Origin: a candidate division FCPU426 bacterium
Lineage (GTDB): Bacteria; Oederibacteriota; PGYV01; Palsa-1178
Assembly (NCBI GenBank): GCA_963840035.1
Contig: CAWIXE010000002.1
Coordinates: forward strand, 800,001-864,000
Length of the DNA stretch: 64,000 nt
Direction of reading: 5' to 3'
In this document: piece by piece, positions 9,681-19,667 of the stretch
How the letters are laid out: each line of letters starts with the position of its first letter
How positions within the stretch are numbered: position 1 is the stretch's first letter
The notes under the pieces: generated by a model
What the model saw: only the letters and a program-made list of their open reading frames with translations
Told to the model about the DNA's origin: nothing
Database searches by the model: none
Program-made: the position numbers and the translations under genes

Positions 9681-11315
9681 TTAATTCACCGTGTATTTCT
9701 GAATCTCCTGCGGAACATACCATTGTATCTGATTATAAAAGATTCCGGAGGCTTCCGGTTTAATATTCTGAACCCTTTTATGCACCGTTACAAGGCTTAA
9801 GGGCGAATACAGGAAGATGTATGGCGCGTCATCCACGATAAGGGCATGAATCCTATTGTAAATGGCGGCGCGTTTGACCGGATTAAATATGATCCTGCCT
9901 TCTTCCGCCAGGGTATCAACCTCCGGATTCGAGTATGATACAAAGTTAAACTCGCCTTCTTTTGTTTTTGATGAATGCCAAAGATCATAGCAGTCGGGGT
10001 CAAGCGACATTGACCAGCCCATTACAATCGCGTCAAAGTTCTTTTTGTCAACAAACTGGGTTATGAAAATATTCCAGGCTAGCACTCTTACTTCAGCGGA
10101 AATGCCGAGTTTCGACCATTGCTGCTGGGCAATTACCGCGATTTGTTCCCGTTGTTTATTTCCCTGGTTCGTATAAAGAATAAATTTGAACTTTTTTCCG
10201 TTTTTTTCCAATATTCCATCGCTGCCTTTTACCCAACCTTCACTTTTTAATAATTCCGCGGCTTTTCCGGGGTTGTATGGGTAGCCTTTTACTTTGTTAT
10301 TGTAAGCAGGTGTACCCGGAATAAAGGGGCCGGTTACCGGCTTTGCCAGCCCCAGCATGACGCCTTCAATTATTTCACCTGTATTTATCGCATATGAAAG
10401 AGCCTGCCTAACTTTTTTTGATGCAAAAAGAGGGTTTTTCATATTGAATCCGATATATGTATACTGAAAAGCGGAATAGGCGTATTTGTTAAATGAATCA
10501 TTAAATTCCGGGGACCCTGTCTTTTTCAGGTACTGGTCAGGTGAAAGCGACATCATATCGAGATTTCCTGACTGCAGGTTCATAAACTGTACTGACTGGT
10601 CCGGAATGATCCGGTACATTATTCCGGTAATATAAGGCCTGCCTTCGAAATAATTCTTGTTTGATATGAGTTCTATACTCTGGTTTGAAGTCCATTTTTT
10701 AAAGATATAAGGTCCGGTGCCGATTGGCTTTCTGGAAAACGGGGATTTATTCAGGTCTGTGCCCTTTAACAGGTGCGCAGGTATTATATATGTGGACTGC
10801 CATGTATCAAGCGTCGGAGCATATGGCTTTTTGTAACGCACAATCACAGTGTATTTGTCGGGAGTTTCAATTTTATCCACCATTTCAAAATATCCTCTAT
10901 AGGCGGTTTTTACAGACGGGTCCATAAATGAATCGTAGGTAAACTTAACATCATCGGAATTAAATTCAACGCCGTCCTGCCACTTGATTCCCCGGCGCAG
11001 GTGAAATGTTAATGTTTTCCCATCCCCTGAAATATCCCAGCTTTTTGCAAGTTCCCCTTCAAGTTTCAGGTTCTTATCATAACGGATGAGTCTTCCGAAG
11101 ACGAGCCCTATGATGTCAAAAGAAGCGGAATCAGAAGCAAGTACCGGGTTTAAATTTGCGGGTTCGCCTATGGACGCCTGTATAAGCATGTCACCGTACG
11201 CGGGTTTGTCGATAAAATCCTTTTTCAGGACGTAGGTTTGTTTGGGTTTGCATGATTGCACTATGATAATTATGAATATGAAGATAATAACAGCAAGAAA
11301 TTTTCTCATAGCCAC
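9681..11315 (-). CDS. Peptide ABC transporter substrate-binding lipoprotein (SBP family 5, AppA-like)
   Basis: Lipobox IVQSC, GELAKSWDIS, FNSDDVKFT, PIGTGPYIF, VRQALSYAIN. Confidence 0.93.
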   Translation of the reverse strand: MAMRKFLAVIIFIFIIIIVQSCKPKQTYVLKKDFIDKPAYGDMLIQASIGEPANLNPVLASDSASFDIIGLVFGRLIRYDKNLKLEGELAKSWDISGDGKTLTFHLRRGIKWQDGVEFNSDDVKFTYDSFMDPSVKTAYRGYFEMVDKIETPDKYTVIVRYKKPYAPTLDTWQSTYIIPAHLLKGTDLNKSPFSRKPIGTGPYIFKKWTSNQSIELISNKNYFEGRPYITGIMYRIIPDQSVQFMNLQSGNLDMMSLSPDQYLKKTGSPEFNDSFNKYAYSAFQYTYIGFNMKNPLFASKKVRQALSYAINTGEIIEGVMLGLAKPVTGPFIPGTPAYNNKVKGYPYNPGKAAELLKSEGWVKGSDGILEKNGKKFKFILYTNQGNKQREQIAVIAQQQWSKLGISAEVRVLAWNIFITQFVDKKNFDAIVMGWSMSLDPDCYDLWHSSKTKEGEFNFVSYSNPEVDTLAEEGRIIFNPVKRAAIYNRIHALIVDDAPYIFLYSPLSLVTVHKRVQNIKPEASGIFYNQIQWYVPQEIQKYTVN

Positions 11316-11317
11316 CT

Positions 11318-11352
11318 CAAAAAAAATCCCCGGTTTTTGAAACCGGGGATTT
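11318..11352 (-). terminator. Intrinsic terminator after secG
   Basis: AAATCCCCGGTTT...AAACCGGGGATTT stem followed by a T-run on the minus strand. Confidence 0.75.
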
Positions 11353-11421
11353 GCTTTTATTTGGGATCTGTGATTCCATGTCCGTCGAAGCTTCGCGAAG
11401 ACGGATGGGATCTGTGATTAA

Positions 11422-11778
11422 TTACTTATCAGCTTTAGGCTGGTTTGAAGCAGGCTGGGCCTGCTGCGCTGCCGGCTGGTCCGTTGCCGGTACTGCGGGC
11501 GCTTCGGTCTTCATCTTGTCCATGACGCCTTTATAACCGCCGGCCTTTTTGACCTGAAAAAGCGCCAGAAAGATCGAAGTGGTCATGAAAAGCACGGCCA
11601 GTATGATGGTTAAGCGTGTGATGAATGTCTTGCCTCCGCCCGAACCAAACATGGTCTGTGCCGCGCCCGCGCCGAACGCGAAGCCGACCTCAGAACCTTT
11701 CCCCGTCTGTATCAGAACAACAACTATGAGGAGGACTACGTTTATTACGTGTATTGCCCAAACGATATTATATAACAT
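11422..11778 (-). CDS. secG: Preprotein translocase subunit SecG
   Basis: Two TM helices, VLIQTGKG, AFGAGAAQTMFGS, TRLTIILA; follows tpiA. Confidence 0.93.
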   Translation of the reverse strand: MLYNIVWAIHVINVVLLIVVVLIQTGKGSEVGFAFGAGAAQTMFGSGGGKTFITRLTIILAVLFMTTSIFLALFQVKKAGGYKGVMDKMKTEAPAVPATDQPAAQQAQPASNQPKADK

Positions 11779-11796
11779 TTAAAACCCCTTCCCTAT

Positions 11797-12558
11797 CTAT
11801 CGATAGAATTTTACTATTGCTTCAAATGAGTCTGCCTTAAGCGCGGCTCCGCCAACCAGGGCGCCGTCAATGTCGGGCATATTCATCAAAGTCTTTGCGT
11901 TATCCGGTTTTACCGAACCGCCGTACTGTATGCGCACTGACTGCGCTGTTGCTTCATCATAAAGGGACGCGAGGGTCTCCCTTATGAATTTGTGTACTTC
12001 CTGGGCCTGGTCCGGCGTGGCTGTCTTTCCTGTGCCTATTGCCCATACAGGTTCATACGCTATGACAACGTTTGCCATTTTGTCCTTGGGTATGCCCGCG
12101 AGTCCGCCTACCACATGGTCTTTTACAACATCCTTCATGATTCCTTTTTCCCTTTCTTCAAGCTTTTCGCCGACGCAGAGAATCGGGAAAAGGCCGTACT
12201 CGAGGGCCATCTTCACTTTCTTATTGATATCTTCGTTTGATTCCTTGAAATACTGCCTTCTTTCCGAATGGCCGATAATGACATAGTGAACGCCTACGGA
12301 GCGCAGCATCAGCGGCGATATCTCGCCTGTGAAAGCGCCTTCCTGGGCAGCGTACATGTTCTGCGCGCCAAGCTTGATGTTAGAGCCTTTTACAATGGCG
12401 GCGACTGCCTGCAGGTCCACGTATGGCGGGCAGATGGCAACTTCGGCTTTGTCAGCCGCAACGTCCTTTAAAACATTTTTAAGCGAATTGGCAAGCTCTG
12501 CCGCTTCTGTTACGTCCTTATACATCTTCCAGTTTCCAGCAATTAACGGTATGCGCAT
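11797..12558 (-). CDS. tpiA: Triosephosphate isomerase
   Basis: IAGNWKM, IGHSERR, AYEPVWAIGTG, YGGSVKP. Confidence 0.99.
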   Translation of the reverse strand: MRIPLIAGNWKMYKDVTEAAELANSLKNVLKDVAADKAEVAICPPYVDLQAVAAIVKGSNIKLGAQNMYAAQEGAFTGEISPLMLRSVGVHYVIIGHSERRQYFKESNEDINKKVKMALEYGLFPILCVGEKLEEREKGIMKDVVKDHVVGGLAGIPKDKMANVVIAYEPVWAIGTGKTATPDQAQEVHKFIRETLASLYDEATAQSVRIQYGGSVKPDNAKTLMNMPDIDGALVGGAALKADSFEAIVKFYR

Positions 12559-12651
12559 TACAAAAACCTCCATGTTTTTAAGTGGTATGTGTCGTGTGCT
12601 ATGTGTTATGTGAAATTCACATACCACTCACCACCCGCCACTTAGCACGTT

Positions 12652-13872
12652 TTACTTATTCGTTAAAGCCGCTACTCCCGGCAGTTCCGTGCCTTCCATG
12701 AATTCCATGGAAGCTCCGCCGCCTGTGGATACATGCGTCATTTTATCCGCGAGTTTGAGTTTCTTGACAGCCGATGCCGAGTCTCCGCCGCCTACGACCG
12801 ACACAGCGCCTGAATCGGCGATTGCCTGGGCGACTCCGAGCGTGCCTTTTGAGAACTGGTCTATCTCAAATACGCCCATGGGGCCGTTCCAAAAAATTGT
12901 TTTTGATTTGGATATGATGTTCTTGAATTTTTCTATGGTGTTTGTGCCTACGTCAACGCCTTCCCATCCCACGTCAATTGAATCCCTGAGTACGGTTTTA
13001 TACTCGGCGGTTTTAAGCGCGGTCATAAAATCCTCGCCTTTTGCCGGGGTTTTGGCCACTACGTGGTCCAGGGGCAGGTATATGGAAACATTTTTGTCCA
13101 TGGCTTTTTTCATTATGTTTTTGGCTGTTTCTATTTTATCCTTTTCGCACAATGAATCGCCTATTTCGCGCCCTTTGGCCGCCAGGAACGTGTAGGCCAT
13201 GCCGCCGCCGATGATAATACCATCGACTATGTTAAGCAGGTTTTCTATAACCATGATCTTGTCGCTGACTTTTGCCCCGCCAAGTATCGCTATGAATGGC
13301 TTGCCCGGGTTGGCGAGAAGCTGTCCCAAAAATTTTAATTCTTTTTCCATAAGGAAACCCGCGGCGCATCTTTTAATGAACTTGCATACGCCTTCCGTGG
13401 ACGCGTGCGCCCTGTGAGCGGTTCCAAAAGCGTCGTTTATATATATCTCGCCGAGTGATGCGAGCTTTTTCGCGAATTCAGGGTCATTGCCCTCTTCTTC
13501 CTTATAGAAACGCAGATTTTCCAGGAGCATTACTTCGCCGTCCTGAAGTGAATCCGCCATTTTTTTGACATCATCGCCGATGCAGTCAGAAGCGAACTTA
13601 ACCGGCTTGCCGAGGAGTTCCGCAAGCTTAACCGCGACTACGTCCAGTGAGAACTCAGGCGCTTTCTTTCCTTTTGGCCTTCCTAAATGTGACATCAGAA
13701 TGAGCCTGCCGCCTTTTTCCATGACGTACTTTATGGAAGGAAGCGACGCGCTTATCCTTTTGTCGGAAGTAATGGCCCTTTTTTCGTCCAGGGGCACGTT
13801 AAAATCAACGCGCATGAGCACTTTTTTGCCTTTAAGTTCTCCGGAAAGGTCTTCAATAGCGAGTTTTGCCAT
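12652..13872 (-). CDS. pgk: Phosphoglycerate kinase
   Basis: RVDFNVP, SHLGRP, LENLRF, FWNGPMGVFE, STGGGASME. Confidence 0.99.
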   Translation of the reverse strand: MAKLAIEDLSGELKGKKVLMRVDFNVPLDEKRAITSDKRISASLPSIKYVMEKGGRLILMSHLGRPKGKKAPEFSLDVVAVKLAELLGKPVKFASDCIGDDVKKMADSLQDGEVMLLENLRFYKEEEGNDPEFAKKLASLGEIYINDAFGTAHRAHASTEGVCKFIKRCAAGFLMEKELKFLGQLLANPGKPFIAILGGAKVSDKIMVIENLLNIVDGIIIGGGMAYTFLAAKGREIGDSLCEKDKIETAKNIMKKAMDKNVSIYLPLDHVVAKTPAKGEDFMTALKTAEYKTVLRDSIDVGWEGVDVGTNTIEKFKNIISKSKTIFWNGPMGVFEIDQFSKGTLGVAQAIADSGAVSVVGGGDSASAVKKLKLADKMTHVSTGGGASMEFMEGTELPGVAALTNK

Positions 13873-13974
13873 GTTTTCACTCCTTATTATTGTTTCTTAT
13901 TAAATTCCAGAGGCGTTGTTCATCACAACGCCCCTGGTATCGTAAATTAGTAATCGGTAATTTGAAATTGGAAA

Positions 13975-15018
<1,044 letters not shown>

Positions 15019-15396
15019 TTATTATGAACGTGCTTAAATATCCGCTAAATTATATTATAATACTGAAATTTGTCAATATGAAACTGTCTTTGAACTTTAA
15101 ATCACAAAGAGGGATATCTTTACGTTTCTTTATGATTTAAGCAGTTTTATATGGCGTTTTATTAAACGCGAACTTAAACATTGATGCGATTCTTGTATTT
15201 TCACTTCTATGAAACCCACTGAACGATTTCCATTAAGACATGCAACATCGGCTTTGAAGGTATAATTGCCGTTGTTATATGAAGTATCACCCGCTCATTT
15301 TTTCTGTTTTCCAGAGTTGTGGTATCAGAAAAGACCAGTGAACCGTTATAAATCATTGTAATTAATTAGCCTAGTAATTTGATAAGATACCAATGG

Positions 15397-16428
15397 TTAT
15401 TTCTTTATCTCTTTTGCCTTAAGCAGCGATTTAGCTGCCAGGCATACCTCTTCGGCGGTGATTCTTTCCACCGCGTCCATATTCTTTTCACGGAATTTCT
15501 TTGAGCCGATATCAATGCCTTCCCTGATAAATTCATCCAGGTGGGATATTTTTATATGGCCGTCTTCTTCCTTATACGGGTGCCATTCAACCGGATTTTC
15601 AGGGCCGAATAGCGTTATGGTTTTAACGCCCAGGGCTGCCGCGATGTGGCGCGGCCCGGAATCGTTGCCGATAAATATCCTGAGTTTATTTAAAAAGAAA
15701 CCAAGCCTTAAAAAATCAAGCCCGCTGTAAAGTTTTGCTTTTTCACCGATGCCGGACACGATTATTTCGCCCAATGGTTTCTCGGCTTTTGAGCAGAAAA
15801 CAGCTATGTTATAGCCCTCTTCAGACAGTTTCCTTCCGGTTTCAATGAAGCGCTCTTTCGGCCACATTTTGTTCGGCCTTTTAGCGCCGATGCCGAAGCC
15901 GACGGTCAGGGATACGTCTTCATCGCCGATGTACCTGGTATAGTCTTCGTTCAGTATGAGGCGTGTTTTTTTCATTTCTTCCGTGATAGGGTCGAGTTTC
16001 AGCGGGTTTAATGTATCGAGGTCCCGCTCTATTATGGATTTCTGTGATGACTCCGTAATGCCGAGAGGAACCGAGGTAAAATAATCCCTGCCGCTGTGGT
16101 TGTGGACCAGCCTTAATTTGGCGCCGGATAAAAATGTGATAAAGGCGCTTCTCCATGTGGCGTGAAGGTTTACGGCAATGTCAAAGTTGTATTTTCTGAG
16201 CTTGAAAATGAGCCTGAAAAAGTCAAAAGGGTCGTTTTTATCGTATGTTATGACCTCTTTGACATACGGCAGGAGGTATTTGAAGTTCTCATATTCTTTT
16301 TTAAGGACATAAATTATTTCGGGGGTGGCGCAGTTGTGATCGAGCACTTTCAGAACGGGCGTGGAAAGGACTATATCGCCTATGTCGCGCAGCTTGATTA
16401 CAAGTATTTTTTTTATTGATTTTAACAT
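15397..16428 (-). CDS. Glycosyltransferase family 9 (LPS heptosyltransferase-like)
   Basis: LVIKLRDIGDIVLSTP, KMWPKERF, IGNDSGPRHIAAALG, LFGP. Confidence 0.92.
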   Translation of the reverse strand: MLKSIKKILVIKLRDIGDIVLSTPVLKVLDHNCATPEIIYVLKKEYENFKYLLPYVKEVITYDKNDPFDFFRLIFKLRKYNFDIAVNLHATWRSAFITFLSGAKLRLVHNHSGRDYFTSVPLGITESSQKSIIERDLDTLNPLKLDPITEEMKKTRLILNEDYTRYIGDEDVSLTVGFGIGAKRPNKMWPKERFIETGRKLSEEGYNIAVFCSKAEKPLGEIIVSGIGEKAKLYSGLDFLRLGFFLNKLRIFIGNDSGPRHIAAALGVKTITLFGPENPVEWHPYKEEDGHIKISHLDEFIREGIDIGSKKFREKNMDAVERITAEEVCLAAKSLLKAKEIKK

Positions 16429-16511
16429 TTATTCTTGTCTCCAGAGTGATCATGCTTTTAGGTATAAAGTTTAAGCTGTTAGCTTATAGCCGATATTGAT
16501 TTCCTGTTTTA

Positions 16512-16546
16512 CAAAAACAAAACCGCCCTTTTTATCGGGCGGTTTT
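16512..16546 (-). terminator. Intrinsic terminator
   Basis: AAAACCGCCC-N-GGGCGGTTTT hairpin with T-tracts. Confidence 0.7.
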
Positions 16547-16562
16547 ATGTTTTTACGGGTCT

Positions 16563-17342
16563 TTATGGTTTATACAGTTCGTAGTGGTCGTTTAAGAGTT
16601 TGTTAACCCTCTCGTCTTTAGTCCTGACCATGTCCTGATATTTCTGAACATAGCTTTCAAAGAGGTTGTTAAATTTATCAAGGTCCTTTTTCAGGAAGAA
16701 CATCTCTTCCTTGTTTGATTCGTGTTTTTTCATGACCTCGTCAGTGCGCATGATTTTAAGCCTGAATTTTCTGAGCAGTTCTTCCACCCTGCGCTGGTTC
16801 TTGCCCATAAGCTTATATTCTTCCTTGAATTCATTGTTCCATTCTTCGGCTAAGGCCAGCGAGTGTTCGGCGCCGTCAACCTTTTCTTCCCACGCGAATT
16901 CAACCTGGTCGCGTTTGTCTACAAGCCCTTCGGTGTGCATGGAAGCGACAACGCTTCCCATTTCATTTAAGCTCTTCATGAAGTCTTTCCTGAAAGTGGC
17001 CTCATAACGTACAAGGTCTTTTTTAGACCTGTTTATCATGGATTTGGTATCGGTTAAAGCCTGCCAAACTTCTATTTCAGGGGTTTTGAATGAATAATTA
17101 GGCGTTGATGTGGGCACCGGAGTTGAGATAAGCGATTCATCATCAAAATGAACAGCCTCTGTACCGGGCCCTTTTGCGCCGCCTAAATTAACCTGGCCTT
17201 TTTCGCTTCTGCTGGTGCTGGGCGCTTCGGATTTTTTTTCTTCTTTTTTAGGCGAAGGAGCGCCTCCGTGCGCGGCATATGCGGATGAAGAAATAAAAAC
17301 AATGATTAGCAACGATACTGCGTATTTTAATACGGAACGCAT
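16563..17342 (-). CDS. Secreted coiled-coil hypothetical protein
   Basis: Signal peptide ending SSAYA, Pro/Thr linker, helical charged C-terminal half; GGAGG RBS. Confidence 0.75.
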   Translation of the reverse strand: MRSVLKYAVSLLIIVFISSSAYAAHGGAPSPKKEEKKSEAPSTSRSEKGQVNLGGAKGPGTEAVHFDDESLISTPVPTSTPNYSFKTPEIEVWQALTDTKSMINRSKKDLVRYEATFRKDFMKSLNEMGSVVASMHTEGLVDKRDQVEFAWEEKVDGAEHSLALAEEWNNEFKEEYKLMGKNQRRVEELLRKFRLKIMRTDEVMKKHESNKEEMFFLKKDLDKFNNLFESYVQKYQDMVRTKDERVNKLLNDHYELYKP

Positions 17343-17462
17343 AAAACCTCCTGTTAAATATGAAGTATTTGTTATTTTAACGGACGTGGTGGGAATTGTC
17401 AATATGTATTAATTTGTGTAAGATATAATTAAAAAAAATAATTTAAAAAAACATATTTTATA

Positions 17463-17504
17463 TTATGAAAAAAGCCGGGGACATACCCCCGGCTTTTTTC
17501 ATAA
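17463..17504. terminator. Bidirectional intrinsic terminator
   Basis: AAAAAAGCCGGGG-N-CCCCGGCTTTTTT. Confidence 0.75.
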
Positions 17505-17556
17505 TATCTCACGTGTGAATAACACGCGCGTTTTAACTATCTGGTAGCAGTAATTT

Positions 17557-17889
17557 TTACTTAATTACCTCAACTTCCACGGTATGTGTTGTAATGGTAA
17601 CGAAACTCCCGATCATGGTTATAAGATAGTCAAGTACCGTCATTGTCGTCTTTACTCTGACAATTTCCTTAGGTTTTATCATATCACCTGTTGAATTATC
17701 AGTTATTGGGATTAATCCGTACAGAACGTAAAACACCATCTTCGACCTAGTGGTTTTTGCTTTTGGCTGTCCGTTATTGTCCGGAGCCAGAAAAGCATAC
17801 CCTCCTTTGCAGTTAATCTTTACAGTAGAACATGAAACAAGTGTAAAAGCAAAACAAAGCAGCAACAGAACCACTACAAGTTTCTTCAT
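17557..17889 (-). CDS. Bor/Iss-like small lipoprotein
   Basis: Lipobox LVSC; FYVLYGLIPI and ITTHTVEV resemble the Bor family. Confidence 0.65.
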   Translation of the reverse strand: MKKLVVVLLLLCFAFTLVSCSTVKINCKGGYAFLAPDNNGQPKAKTTRSKMVFYVLYGLIPITDNSTGDMIKPKEIVRVKTTMTVLDYLITMIGSFVTITTHTVEVEVIK

Positions 17890-17947
17890 TCCCGCCTCCC
17901 ATTTTTTTTTGCATTTTTTAACGCCCATCCTGATAACTTTATCCCGT

Positions 17948-18775
17948 TCAGAACGCAAAACCGATGTTTGTGCCTAAAGTTGGCAAAATAATCCCGAGTT
18001 TTACTTCCATGTCCCCAAATTTTATGAGTCCGCTTGTGATATATGCAAGCCCCACAATACCGTCCAAGGATATTCCGTTTTCAAAAATCCATCTGTAGCC
18101 TAGATGCGCCCCGGCAGACATTATGGAAACACTTGTTTTATTTTCAACCACTGTGCCATATGAATCAGAAACGGTTACATTTATATTTGCCCCGTAAAAA
18201 TAGCACTCCGGTCCAAAAAACAGCCCTGATAAAGCATTGCCGTCTATGAACCAGTTAATCCTGCTTCCAAGGTTATAACCAAAACCGGAAACTTTGCTGC
18301 CGGCGCTGGCAAGCGATAAAAATGACATTGAATAAGCTATGCCGCCTTCCACGCCGGCGCTTAAATGGCTGAATATACGCCTCTCATAATAAAGGCTGAA
18401 AAATCCTGACAGCAGAACTGACGGGTTTACTGCTATCATGTTTGACCTGTTTGCTGCCGGATTTGGCTGATTTTCAGACTCTTCCTTAATTCCCAATTTT
18501 TCTGCGTAATTGTAATATGACATAGATTTTTCGACCTGTCCTGTCTCACGCAAGCAATCTGCCATAGCGGAAAAATATTTCCCTTCTTTTGGCTTCAATT
18601 TTATCGCTGAATTGTAATATTTGATGGCATTCGCGCAGTTCCCCCTGGCAGATTCCTTTACACCGGCGTTATAATAATCTTCAGCGGTATAAGAAAATCC
18701 TGTTACGGGAATGGAAACAAATAAAATAATTATTATGATTAGAAATCGTTTTTTTTGCCCTTTTTGTATTATCAT
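17948..18775 (-). CDS. TPR plus outer-membrane beta-barrel (DUF3575-like) protein
   Basis: Signal peptide, one TPR pair, amphipathic strands (SLYYERRI, HLGYRWIF), C-terminal IGFAF. Confidence 0.7.
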   Translation of the reverse strand: MIIQKGQKKRFLIIIIILFVSIPVTGFSYTAEDYYNAGVKESARGNCANAIKYYNSAIKLKPKEGKYFSAMADCLRETGQVEKSMSYYNYAEKLGIKEESENQPNPAANRSNMIAVNPSVLLSGFFSLYYERRIFSHLSAGVEGGIAYSMSFLSLASAGSKVSGFGYNLGSRINWFIDGNALSGLFFGPECYFYGANINVTVSDSYGTVVENKTSVSIMSAGAHLGYRWIFENGISLDGIVGLAYITSGLIKFGDMEVKLGIILPTLGTNIGFAF

Positions 18776-18928
18776 ATGAATTATGTTATATGATTTCGAC
18801 TAAAATGTCAATTTGATTCGAATTACTTGATGTAATTAAAAATTTGGAATTGCGGAAGTTCTACGAGCATTTTATGATAAAAAGTGCATAAGCACACAAA
18901 AATTCTAAATTTTTAATTATTTGAATAT

Positions 18929-19129
18929 TTACATAGCCCTTTCTACGCGGTATACACACTCGTTATCTATCCAATCGTGTATTGAAGACTTGTTAAAACG
19001 CCAGCATCCGGAAACTTTAACGCCGGGAATCATGGAAAGGCTCAGGAGTTTGTAAACGGTGACAGGCTTTACTTTAAGCATGACGGCCACTTCTTTTATA
19101 GTGAGGTAATCGCTTGCTGCGCCGGGCAA
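18929..19129 (-). CDS. Excisionase-like HTH (HTH_17) DNA-binding protein
   Basis: YLTIKEVAVMLKV...TVYKL...IPGVKV..CWRF...IHDWI. Confidence 0.85.
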   Translation of the reverse strand: MPGAASDYLTIKEVAVMLKVKPVTVYKLLSLSMIPGVKVSGCWRFNKSSIHDWIDNECVYRVERAM

Positions 19130-19130
19130 T

Positions 19131-19505
19131 TTACATGGCCCTTGTTTGTGCTGTGATGTATTCGTTTAAATGCTCTGCGTCCTCTTCCTTCAGGGCTATG
19201 AAACTCAATCCTATTTCAAAGGTATCATCAGCTGAGGTTTTCTGGCACCATTGAACCTCGCAAAAAGCCTTTATTGATTTGGCGCTTGAGCTGACTACCG
19301 GAAGCTCAAGCCTGATTACATTGCCTTCGTTAATCTTGTGGGTTGTCACAAGGCATACTCCGCCTTTTGATATGTTTTTTGTTTTTGCGGTTTCATAATT
19401 AAGGGAGGCTCTTGGGTCGCTGTCCGAAAGAATCTTGTATTTTGCTTCTTCCATTATTTCTGCCCTGGTATCAATTCTTTTCTCCATGTTTCCCGCTGCC
19501 GGCAT
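19131..19505 (-). CDS. Single-domain PilZ protein
   Basis: EKRIDTR, NISKGG, EIGLSF. Confidence 0.88.
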   Translation of the reverse strand: MPAAGNMEKRIDTRAEIMEEAKYKILSDSDPRASLNYETAKTKNISKGGVCLVTTHKINEGNVIRLELPVVSSSAKSIKAFCEVQWCQKTSADDTFEIGLSFIALKEEDAEHLNEYITAQTRAM

Positions 19506-19556
19506 GCTGCTCGCCTCCTGAAATTATTTGAACTGGTTCAAATATAAAATATTATA

Positions 19557-19573
19557 AGCATTAATCGTGCCAA
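19557..19573 (-). promoter_or_regulatory. sigma54 (-24/-12) promoter for the PilZ-HTH operon
   Basis: Minus strand TTGGCACGATTAATGCT, with exact GG-N10-GC spacing. Confidence 0.8.
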
Positions 19574-19622
19574 GGATAGTTGTTGATAATATAGCGATTT
19601 ATTGAATGGAATGAGCGAAAAA

Positions 19623-19667
19623 TGTCCCTACAGGGCCTTTTTTGTGTTCCTTGTCCTTACAGGGACA
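19623..19667. promoter_or_regulatory. Tandem enhancer (UAS) sites for a sigma54 activator
   Basis: TGTCCTTACAGGGACA (TGT-N10-ACA, 19652-19667) and near-copy TGTCCCTACAGGGCCT (19623-19638), about 75-120 bp upstream of the predicted start. Confidence 0.6.

Noticed and set aside
17557..19129. Prophage remnant (Bor-like plus excisionase-like genes)
   Set aside because: No integrase, att repeats or structural genes; the HTH gene is coupled to a PilZ gene under a sigma54 promoter.
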